From an uncultured Bacteroidales bacterium (GTDB lineage: Bacteria; Bacteroidota; Bacteroidia; Bacteroidales; CAYTAU01), in assembly GCA_964435855.1 (NCBI GenBank), contig CAYTAU010000003.1, forward strand, positions 20,096-84,095: a stretch of DNA of 64,000 nt. The letters run 5' to 3'. How positions within the stretch are numbered: position 1 is the stretch's first letter; the number at the start of each line of letters is the position of its first letter. Of the stretch, positions 1-7,891 are shown in pieces. Made by a program: the position numbers and the translations under genes. Under the pieces are notes generated by a model. That model ran no database searches. It was not told the origin of the DNA and saw only the letters and a list, made by a program, of their open reading frames with translations.

Positions 1-674
1 ACATTATTTTCTTCAAATCCTGCTCTTTGCCATGTAATTTTACCATTCACTCCTGTCCATGTAATTTCAATGGGATTAAATATCCCTTGTGTTTTGATAA
101 TTTGTGTACTATCTCTTTTCGCATAACATGTTAAATTAATTTCGCCAAAAATTATTTTGATATTTTTTCCATCAAAAGTATATCTATAGTCATTATTGCT
201 TGCTTGCCACTCGGTTGTAGAAGATTTGTAAATTGTATTAGAATTCCATAAGTTTTTAGATGTGTTTAAATAATTTTCTATTGCGCTTAATTTCACTTTC
301 TTATTTTTTAATAAATATGAAAATCCTTTTCTCCAGTTTTCGTAGCTTTCTGTATTCATGTTGGTTTTAGAATAAGCTATTAAAGATTCAATAAAGGATG
401 AAAAATGAGGAAATGATCTGCATTTTTTTGTTAACATTCTGTTTGCCAAAGTATGTATGATCTTTTTTTGATTTTCAGTGTACATATTTGATTCCCATAT
501 TGGCTCAAATTCATCAATTATCTCTTTGGCTTTTTTTGCATTGCTATTAGATAAAAATGAGTTCATCTTTTTAAAGAACTTTTCATGGTTATCAGGAAAA
601 CTAGTAATAACTTGAGAATATGAAGAAAGACAGAAAATTAGAAATATTGCAGTTAATATAATTAGATTTTTCAT
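1..674 (-). CDS. N-terminal part of an exported hypothetical protein (runs off the window edge)
   Basis: ATG at 674 on the minus strand, MKNLIILTAIFLIFCLSSYSQVITSFPD... (signal peptide); frame appears open toward the window start; absent from the ORF track because it is truncated. Confidence 0.7.
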   Translation of the reverse strand, partial: MKNLIILTAIFLIFCLSSYSQVITSFPDNHEKFFKKMNSFLSNSNAKKAKEIIDEFEPIWESNMYTENQKKIIHTLANRMLTKKCRSFPHFSSFIESLIAYSKTNMNTESYENWRKGFSYLLKNKKVKLSAIENYLNTSKNLWNSNTIYKSSTTEWQASNNDYRYTFDGKNIKIIFGEINLTCYAKRDSTQIIKTQGIFNPIEITWTGVNGKITWQRAGFEENN

Positions 675-804
675 TTTTTGCACAAATAAAACTGTTTAAA
701 CAACGATGAAAAGTAAATAATTTTAAAATAAGGTGCTAAAGATATTTTAAATAGATATTATATATTTTTTAACAGAGCAATAATTCAATTATTTTTAATT
801 TGTG

Positions 805-1554
805 TTAGAAAGAATTTATAATACCAACAAAATCATTTGCATTTAAAGCTGCTCCGCCAATTAATCCTCCATCAACATTTGGGTTTGAAAATAATTCTTT
901 GGCATTTGTTGGTTTGCAACTCCCTCCATAAAGTATGGATATATTATTTGCAATATCATTACCATATTGTTCTTGAATAACTTTTCTTATAAAAGCATGC
1001 ATTTCTTCTGCTTGCTTCGGGCTTGCGGTAAGGCCCGTGCCAATTGCCCATACCGGTTCATAAGCAATTATTAATTTTATGAGATCATAATTTTTGAGAT
1101 GAAACAAGCTTTCTTTTAATTGTTGTTTTACAACAGAAAAATGATTGTTAGAATTTCTTTCTTCAAGCATTTCTCCACAACAAAATATTGGTAATAATTG
1201 ATTTTTTAAAGCAATATCAAGTTTTTGCTTTAATATTTCGTTAGTTTCATTAAAATATGCTCTTCTTTCAGAATGTCCGATTAATACATATTCAATTCCT
1301 ATAGATTTTAACATTTCTGCAGAAACTTCACCTGTATAAGCACCTTTTTCATAGGCAGCACAATTTTGAGCTCCAATGCTTACAAAAGAATTATTAGTTT
1401 CATTTATAATATTACTTAAATGCGTAAACGGAGGAATTATAATTACTTTAACGTCATCATTTTTTACTGATCTGATAATATCAACAGAAAGATCTTTTCC
1501 TTCCTGAAGGTTTGTATTCATTTTCCAGTTTCCTGCAACAATTTTTTGTTTCAT
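805..1554 (-). CDS. tpiA: triosephosphate isomerase
   Basis: AGNWKMN, GHSERR, AYEPVWAIGTG, YGGS, GGLIGGA motifs; true start most likely MKQKIVAG at 1554 (the track start at 1581 lies inside a repeat). Confidence 0.97.
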   Translation of the reverse strand: MKQKIVAGNWKMNTNLQEGKDLSVDIIRSVKNDDVKVIIIPPFTHLSNIINETNNSFVSIGAQNCAAYEKGAYTGEVSAEMLKSIGIEYVLIGHSERRAYFNETNEILKQKLDIALKNQLLPIFCCGEMLEERNSNNHFSVVKQQLKESLFHLKNYDLIKLIIAYEPVWAIGTGLTASPKQAEEMHAFIRKVIQEQYGNDIANNISILYGGSCKPTNAKELFSNPNVDGGLIGGAALNANDFVGIINSF

Positions 1555-1576
1555 GTTTTTATATTTTATATTATTT

Positions 1577-1627
1577 GCCACTAATGCACGAATATATATT
1601 TTACTTTTTTATTAGTGCATTCGTGGC
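1577..1627. repeat. gene-less inverted repeat of the GxxExxY-flanking family
   Basis: GCCACTAATGCACGAAT (1577-1593) ... ATTAGTGCATTCGTGGC (1611-1627); arms nearly identical to 5254-5270 and 5727-5743. Confidence 0.9.
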
Positions 1628-2788
1628 TTATTTTCTTTTTTTAAAGAAATCATTTTCAAATTTCTCTATTTCAGGAATATCATTGTAATGCCATTTTCCT
1701 AAAATAGTTCCTTTTTTAAGCAATACTAAGCCGGGATTAGCTCTAACAATAGTTTTAAGAGTAATTTCATCTGTAGAATAAAATTCATAAGGAGCTTTTG
1801 TTTTATCTACAAACTCTTTAATGTGTATATCAATAGATGAGGTCATGCAAATAAATCCATAATTATTATTTGTACAATAATTTGTCAATTTATTAATCTG
1901 TTCTTGTTTGCTTATGCTTGATTCATTCAAGTCGTAAGCAATTAAAAGAAAATAGAATCGTTCATCTTCAAGTACAATATCGGTAATATCATACCCATCC
2001 TGAGATGTTATACTAAAATCGTGAATTGGTGGAGTATAACCTTTTTTTATAAGAATAGGTTCTGAACTATCAATAAATTCCCACGGTGAACCTTCATACC
2101 AATATATTGAATCATTAACATATTCTTCACTGTTAATTTCAAGGTCTTCGCCGGTTTCGGTGTTTTTCAAAACGTAATTATATATGTATTCATCTACAGG
2201 AGCACCATCGGGCATTTTCATGCCATCGGGTATATGTGTACCAACTTTGTATGGTCTGAAATCCATTAATGGCAAATGTTTATAACAATATATTGATAAT
2301 CCAAAAGTAAGTATAGCTAAAATAACTGTTATAATCCATTCTTTGCGGATTGATAGAAATGGTTTGTAGCTTTTCCTGAAATAGAAAACAATAAATGCAA
2401 TTATCAATATTATGATATTTTTATAAAACGTTTGCCAATTTGTTACAATCAGTGCATCGCCAAAGCAACCACAATCTTGAACAGGGTCGGCAATTGCTAT
2501 ATATAATGTTAATGGTGTAAAAACTATCATAAATAATAGTACTCCTAAGGAACTTATTTTAACTCTTATGTTTATTAACAAAGCAATACCAAACAGGAAT
2601 TCAATTGCCGACATAACAATAGCGAGAACAAATGATGCAGGAATCATCCAGTCCATACTAAATGCATCGTGAAAATAATCGGCAAATTTGTATGTGGAAC
2701 CAAGTGGGTCAATAACTTTTACAAAACCTGAAAAAATAAAAACTATAGCCAGTACTATTCTTGCTATTATTAATAAAATTTGTTTCAT
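1628..2788 (-). CDS. DoxX/MauE-like membrane protein with thioredoxin-like C-terminal region (BT_3928-like)
   Basis: FIFSGFVKVIDP, DCGCFGD, TLKTIVRANPG; typically adjacent to tpiA in Bacteroidota. Confidence 0.8.
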   Translation of the reverse strand: MKQILLIIARIVLAIVFIFSGFVKVIDPLGSTYKFADYFHDAFSMDWMIPASFVLAIVMSAIEFLFGIALLINIRVKISSLGVLLFMIVFTPLTLYIAIADPVQDCGCFGDALIVTNWQTFYKNIIILIIAFIVFYFRKSYKPFLSIRKEWIITVILAILTFGLSIYCYKHLPLMDFRPYKVGTHIPDGMKMPDGAPVDEYIYNYVLKNTETGEDLEINSEEYVNDSIYWYEGSPWEFIDSSEPILIKKGYTPPIHDFSITSQDGYDITDIVLEDERFYFLLIAYDLNESSISKQEQINKLTNYCTNNNYGFICMTSSIDIHIKEFVDKTKAPYEFYSTDEITLKTIVRANPGLVLLKKGTILGKWHYNDIPEIEKFENDFFKKRK

Positions 2789-2810
2789 TATGTTTATATT
2801 TTAATTAATC

Positions 2811-2895
2811 CGTCATTGCGAGTTCGCCAAAAGCGAACGTGGCAATCTCTTTATTAGTATCAGATTGCTTCATTCGTTCCTAATTCGCAATGACG
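2811..2895. repeat. branched palindromic REP-like element (GTCATTGCGA...TCGCAATGAC type)
   Basis: perfect 11-bp outer stem CGTCATTGCGA (2811-2821)/TCGCAATGACG (2885-2895); inner stems GTTCGC/GCGAAC and GCAATCT/AGATTGC. Confidence 0.85.
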
Positions 2896-3031
2896 TTGGT
2901 TATTTGTATTTTGTTCAAAATTATTAATAGGTATGTGAATTAACAAGTTTTATATGTAAAAAGATGTTAACGTGTGCTAAAATTAGACAGGATACAGCTA
3001 ATAAATTTTATTAGTTGATTTGGTTAATTAT

Positions 3032-5209
3032 CTAATCTTCTAACTGGTCTTCTAATTCAATCATAACGCTTGTTATTTCAACCATATCACCAATAGCAAC
3101 ATTTACTTTTTTAACAATTGCATTTTTTGTTGTTGTAATACTGTTTTCCATTTTCATAGCTTCAACAACAATTAATGTATCTCCTTTAGATACTTTGTCG
3201 CCTTCTTTTACATTTAACTTGAAAACCTTACCCGGCATTGGAGATTTTATATTATTGTCGCTACTTGATGATGCTCCGTCTGAACTTTCTGCTATATCAT
3301 CAATCAAAATGTCGTTTCGACTCATATTAAATTTGTCGCTGTTAATTGTAATAGCAAATTCTTTATCTTCTTTTACAATTTTTGCAAAGTATACTGTTTT
3401 ATCTATTGTAATATCAACTTCATCGTTATCAATATAGACTAAGTTTGCGACAAAAGTATTTCCTGCTATTATAAACTCATATTCCTTATCTTGTATTTTT
3501 CTAAACGCAACAGGAATTACTTCGTCTTTATAATTAATATCAACATTAATGAGGTTTCTCCAATACCCAATAGAGTTCCATACATTATGTTCTTTTGGCA
3601 AAAATGGTATTTCTCCAATTCTGCCTGTGTTTAATCCGTGTAATAAATACGCGGTTATTGCAACAGGATATTCAACTTTATCTTTTTTATACGATGTTCT
3701 GTTTGGTTTTTGACTTGTATTCATAGCTATATTTGTTTTTGATGTTTGAGGTGCTCTGAGTTTTTCCAGTTCGGCTTCAAAACTTTCTTTTGCCACACCC
3801 GACTTATAATCTCTATATTGTGTTTCGTGAATTGCAAATTCAAATAATTCTTCGTTGTCTTCTCCAAGTTCCCAATTGTTTTCTTTCATTTCTTTTCTGT
3901 ACTTATCAAGTACATTGGGATAAATTTCCTGAGGAACTCCTGTATAGAATTTTTTGCCTTGCTCTTTTGCCAGTTTTTCGAAAACAGGATCTATTTTCCC
4001 TGGTAGATTTCCTGCTCTTCCAAGCAACATATCCCATGTGTTAGGATCAATAGACATAAATCTTTCTTTACCTTGTGCAAGGTTCATTACATTTACTAAA
4101 GCAGTGTTTTTTACATACTGGCTAAATGGTGTTACCAATGGAGGATATCCCATAAGGGGCCATATATATGTTACTTCGTCGAATAGTTTTACAAGAAGTT
4201 CGTCTTCCGATAATTCAGGTTTTCCTGCTGCCGACATTGACATATTAATTGCTTCATGGACTCCTTTAAGGTCTGCCATCAAACTACCCATCATTCCGCC
4301 AGGTAATCCAGAATCTACCATTAATGATGATAAATATCTGTTTTTTGGATTAATGAAGAAGCCAAGAAAATCATCAATAAATTCCTGTGTTAATGCTCTT
4401 GCTTCCATATATGCCTTCATATTGATATCGGGAACATCAAAACCATCATCTAAAAGCATGTGGCGAATTGTAATAACGTCTGGATGAACCATTCCCCACG
4501 AAAGCGGTTCCATTGCAACATCAAGATAATCTGCTCCTGCTCTTGCTGCTTCAAGCATCGAAGCAACAGCAAAGCCGGGACCTGAATGACCATGATATTG
4601 AACAATTATATGTGGGTATTTATTTTTTATTGCTTTAATAAGTTTGCCGAGTGTTGCAGGTCTGCCAATTCCTGCCATATCTTTAAGACAAATCTCATCT
4701 GTTCCGTACTCAACCATTTTATCTACAACACCCATAAAATAATCAACAGTGTGTACTTTGGAATATGTAATACTTAATGTTCCCTGTGAGATTAATCCGG
4801 CCTCTTTAGCGTATTTTATTGATAATTCAAGATTTCTATGGTCGTTTAATCCGCAAAACGAACGTGCAATATCAACTCCTTGTGCTTTTTTTACTTTATA
4901 CATTAATTTACGAACATCGGCAGGAACAGGAAACATTCTAATACCGTTCAATGCACGTTCAAGCATGTGAGTTTGAATACCTGCTTCGTTAAATGGCTTT
5001 GTCCATTCACGAACTGCTTTATTTGGATTTTCACCATAAAGCAAATTAACTTGTTCAAAAGCACCACCATTTGTTTCAATTCTATCAAAACAGCCCATAT
5101 CAATAATAACAGGAGCTATTTTTTTTAATTGGTCAACCCTTGGGACATACTTTCCTGAAGATTGCCACATATCACGATAAACTAAACTAAATTTTATTTG
5201 TTTCTTCAT
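3032..5209 (-). CDS. pyruvate/oxaloacetate carboxyltransferase domain fused to a linker/BT-like domain and a biotin carboxyl carrier domain
   Basis: RDMWQS, ICLKDMAG, HGH, LPGGM, GYPPLVTPFSQ (OadA/PycB/5S-type TIM barrel); C-terminal SPMPGKV...EAMKMEN biotinylation motif. Confidence 0.88.
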   Translation of the reverse strand: MKKQIKFSLVYRDMWQSSGKYVPRVDQLKKIAPVIIDMGCFDRIETNGGAFEQVNLLYGENPNKAVREWTKPFNEAGIQTHMLERALNGIRMFPVPADVRKLMYKVKKAQGVDIARSFCGLNDHRNLELSIKYAKEAGLISQGTLSITYSKVHTVDYFMGVVDKMVEYGTDEICLKDMAGIGRPATLGKLIKAIKNKYPHIIVQYHGHSGPGFAVASMLEAARAGADYLDVAMEPLSWGMVHPDVITIRHMLLDDGFDVPDINMKAYMEARALTQEFIDDFLGFFINPKNRYLSSLMVDSGLPGGMMGSLMADLKGVHEAINMSMSAAGKPELSEDELLVKLFDEVTYIWPLMGYPPLVTPFSQYVKNTALVNVMNLAQGKERFMSIDPNTWDMLLGRAGNLPGKIDPVFEKLAKEQGKKFYTGVPQEIYPNVLDKYRKEMKENNWELGEDNEELFEFAIHETQYRDYKSGVAKESFEAELEKLRAPQTSKTNIAMNTSQKPNRTSYKKDKVEYPVAITAYLLHGLNTGRIGEIPFLPKEHNVWNSIGYWRNLINVDINYKDEVIPVAFRKIQDKEYEFIIAGNTFVANLVYIDNDEVDITIDKTVYFAKIVKEDKEFAITINSDKFNMSRNDILIDDIAESSDGASSSSDNNIKSPMPGKVFKLNVKEGDKVSKGDTLIVVEAMKMENSITTTKNAIVKKVNVAIGDMVEITSVMIELEDQLED

Positions 5210-5250
5210 ATACTTATATTTTCATGCTATTGTCGCTAATGAGTTATTTT

Positions 5251-5746
5251 TTTGCCACGAATGCACGAATTTTTATTAAATAATTTATTCTGTACATTAG
5301 TGTAATTCGTAATTTAAAATACTATTCTTTTATAATTTAATTTTAATTCTCCAAAATTAACAAGTAAGGATAATTTATTATCAGAAACTTTTAAATAATT
5401 TATACATTGTGCTAAATGTTCATCTGCAAAACCTTTTGAAAGTGCCTTAACCTCAAGAATAATCTTGTTATAAATAACAAAGTCAGCAAAAAAATTATGA
5501 GGTAGAATGAAATCTTTATAATTTACTTCGTATTTCACCTCTCTTTCATATTTAACACCTGCTTTTTTAAATTCATATTCTAATGCGTCTTTATAAACAA
5601 TTTCTAAAAATCCTGCACCCAAATTGTTATGTACTTCCATACATATACCTATGACTTTATATGCTTCTTCTTTATATATTAAATCAGTCAAATAAATTTT
5701 CTTTTTTCTATACTATTAATGTTTTCATTCGTGCATTCGTGGCAAA
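5251..5746. mobile_element. putative mobile cassette: GxxExxY nuclease gene between perfect 20-bp terminal inverted repeats
   Basis: TTTGCCACGAATGCACGAAT (5251-5270) and ATTCGTGCATTCGTGGCAAA (5727-5746) are exact reverse complements. Confidence 0.65.
5314..5691 (-). CDS. GxxExxY family protein (PD-(D/E)XK nuclease-like), copy 1
   Basis: GFLEIVY motif, ADFV...LEVKA catalytic-like motif, LLVNFG; TTG start. Confidence 0.92.
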   Translation of the reverse strand: MTDLIYKEEAYKVIGICMEVHNNLGAGFLEIVYKDALEYEFKKAGVKYEREVKYEVNYKDFILPHNFFADFVIYNKIILEVKALSKGFADEHLAQCINYLKVSDNKLSLLVNFGELKLNYKRIVF

Positions 5747-5777
5747 TAATATTTTACTCTTATTTCAATTCTCAAAT

Positions 5778-6566
5778 TTATTTTACCCAATTAGGTTTTC
5801 TTTTTTCTAAAAACGATGCCATTCCTTCTTGTCCCTCTTTTGAAGCTCTTAATTCAGCTATCATTTTAGCCGTATAATCAATACTTTCGTCAAAAGTAAG
5901 TGTATTTGATATATCATAAATTAAAGTTTTACATGCAGCCATGGCATCAGGCCCGCTAGTCATTAATACTCTAATTATTGAATTTACATGTTCGTCAAGT
6001 TGTTCTGTTGGTAATGATTTGTTAACTAAGTTATATAATTCGGCTTCTTTACCTAAAAATCTTCTACCAGTAAGCATTAAATCTCTAGCACCATATTCTC
6101 CAATTCTTTTTGCAACATAAGGTGAAATTGTTGCAGGAGCAATACCAAGTTTAACTTCGCTAAATGCGAATTTTGTTTCATCATCACAATACACAAAATC
6201 ACATGCTGCAAGAATACCATTTGCACCACCAATAGCAGCACCATGAACAACTGCAATAGTAGGTTTTTTGCATGTGTAAATTACATTAAAACATTTAGCC
6301 AAACGTAAGCTATCCTGATAATTTTCTTCATAACCAAATTCTGCAATACCTTTCATGTAATTAAGGTCTGCACCTGCACAAAACGATTTTCCTCTACCTT
6401 TAATAATTGCAATTCTAACATCATCCATATTGTTAATCTCCTCGAAACAATCAATTATTTCGGAAATCATAATATCATTCATTGCATTATGCTTATCAGG
6501 ACGATTGAACCAAACCGTTCCGATATTATCTTTTAATTCAAATTCTATGTTTGTATAATTTTTCAT
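5778..6566 (-). CDS. enoyl-CoA hydratase, methylglutaconyl-CoA hydratase-like (paralog A)
   Basis: NRPDKHNA, FCAGADL, GAAIGGANG, SEVKLGIAPA, EGQEGMASFLEKRKPNW; context with MCC beta subunit. Confidence 0.88.
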   Translation of the reverse strand: MKNYTNIEFELKDNIGTVWFNRPDKHNAMNDIMISEIIDCFEEINNMDDVRIAIIKGRGKSFCAGADLNYMKGIAEFGYEENYQDSLRLAKCFNVIYTCKKPTIAVVHGAAIGGANGILAACDFVYCDDETKFAFSEVKLGIAPATISPYVAKRIGEYGARDLMLTGRRFLGKEAELYNLVNKSLPTEQLDEHVNSIIRVLMTSGPDAMAACKTLIYDISNTLTFDESIDYTAKMIAELRASKEGQEGMASFLEKRKPNWVK

Positions 6567-6586
6567 CTTATATACTTTATATTTTT

Positions 6587-7084
6587 GCCGCGAATGCGCT
6601 AATGTTTTTTTATTCGCGAATTAGTGGCTTATTATTTTTCTTGCAGTATCAAATACAATTCTTTTATAATTCAATTTTAATTCCCCAAAATTAACAAGTA
6701 AGGATAATTTATTACCAGAAACTTTTAAATAATTTATACATTGTGCTAAATGTTCATCTGCAAAACCTTTTGAAAGTGCCTTAACTTCAAGAATAATCTT
6801 GTCATAAATAACAAAGTCAGCAAAAAAATGATGAGGTAGAATGAAATCTTTATAACTTACTCCGTATTTTACCTCTCTTTCATATTTAACACCTGTTTTT
6901 TTAAATTCATATTCCAATGCGTCTTTATACACTATTTCTAGAAATCCAGCTCCTAAATTGTTATGTACGTCCATACATTTACCTATTACATTATATGCTT
7001 CTTCTTTATATATTAAATCAGTCATTTAGGTTCTCTTTTATTTCATTCCATGAATCGCTAATATTTTATTCGCGAATTAGCGGC
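6587..7084. mobile_element. second GxxExxY cassette flanked on both sides by imperfect hairpins of the same repeat family
   Basis: GCCGCGAATGCGCTAAT (6587-6603)/ATTCGCGAATTAGTGGC (6612-6628) on one side; CCATGAATCGCTAAT (7048-7062)/ATTCGCGAATTAGCGGC (7068-7084) on the other. Confidence 0.6.
6621..7025 (-). CDS. GxxExxY family protein (PD-(D/E)XK nuclease-like), copy 2
   Basis: 9 differences in 125 aa from copy 1; 9-aa C-terminal extension whose stop codon lies in the repeat arm. Confidence 0.92.
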   Translation of the reverse strand: MTDLIYKEEAYNVIGKCMDVHNNLGAGFLEIVYKDALEYEFKKTGVKYEREVKYGVSYKDFILPHHFFADFVIYDKIILEVKALSKGFADEHLAQCINYLKVSGNKLSLLVNFGELKLNYKRIVFDTARKIISH

Positions 7085-7093
7085 TATTTTTCA

Positions 7094-7882
7094 TTATTTA
7101 ACCCAGTTTGGTTTTCTTTTGTCAAGAAACGACGCCATTCCTTCTTGTCCCTCTTTTGATGCTCTCAGATCAGCGATCATTCTAGCAGAATAATCTATTG
7201 AACTGTCAAACGTTTTAATATTTGAAATATCAAATATCAAGTTTTTGCACGATGACATAGCATCAGGTCCGCTTGTCATAAGATTTCTAATTATATTACT
7301 GACAAATTCTTCAAGTTCATTTTCGGGTAATGATTTATTAACAAGTTTATATTTTTCTGCTTCATCACCTTTAATTCTTCTTCCGGAAAGCATTAGATCT
7401 TTTGTTCCAAATTCTCCAACTCGCTTTAAAATATATGGTGAAATACAAGCAGGAACAATCCCTATCTTTACTTCACTAAGCGAAAAAGTTGTGTTCTGCT
7501 CTGCAAAAGCATAATCACATGTTGCAATAAAACCATTTGCACCTCCAATTGCAGCTCCATGTACAACAGCTATTGTTGGTTTGTTACAAGTATATATAGT
7601 TTTAAAACATTCTGAAACAATAAGACTTTCGTTATAATTTTCCTGATAACTGTATTTTGCTACATCACGCATCCAGTTTAGGTCTGCACCTGCGCTAAAT
7701 GATTTTCCTCTTCCTCTTATAACAACAACACGAACATCATTCATCTTGTTGATTTCTGAATAACATTCAATAATTTCTTTAAGCATTACTGCATTAAAGG
7801 CATTATGAATCTCTGGTCGGTTTAACCAAATTATCCCGATATTATCGGAAAGTTCGAATTGTATGGTTTTGTAATTATTCAT
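7094..7882 (-). CDS. enoyl-CoA hydratase, methylglutaconyl-CoA hydratase-like (paralog B)
   Basis: NRPEIHNAFN, FSAGADLNWM, SEVKIGIVPACISPY; same length as paralog A. Confidence 0.88.
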   Translation of the reverse strand: MNNYKTIQFELSDNIGIIWLNRPEIHNAFNAVMLKEIIECYSEINKMNDVRVVVIRGRGKSFSAGADLNWMRDVAKYSYQENYNESLIVSECFKTIYTCNKPTIAVVHGAAIGGANGFIATCDYAFAEQNTTFSLSEVKIGIVPACISPYILKRVGEFGTKDLMLSGRRIKGDEAEKYKLVNKSLPENELEEFVSNIIRNLMTSGPDAMSSCKNLIFDISNIKTFDSSIDYSARMIADLRASKEGQEGMASFLDKRKPNWVK

Positions 7883-7891
7883 TAAACCAAA

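Noticed and set aside
1555-1581. N-terminal extension of TpiA (MANNIKYKN) from the ORF track
   Set aside because: The GTG start lies inside the inverted-repeat arm; the conserved protein starts at MKQKIVAGNWK
3032-5209. Na+-pumping oxaloacetate decarboxylase operon or full pyruvate carboxylase
   Set aside because: No OadB/OadG membrane subunits and no biotin carboxylase domain nearby
5241-5756. Classical IS with target-site duplication
   Set aside because: No DDE/HUH/serine transposase motif and no direct repeat outside the inverted repeats; kept only as a non-classical candidate
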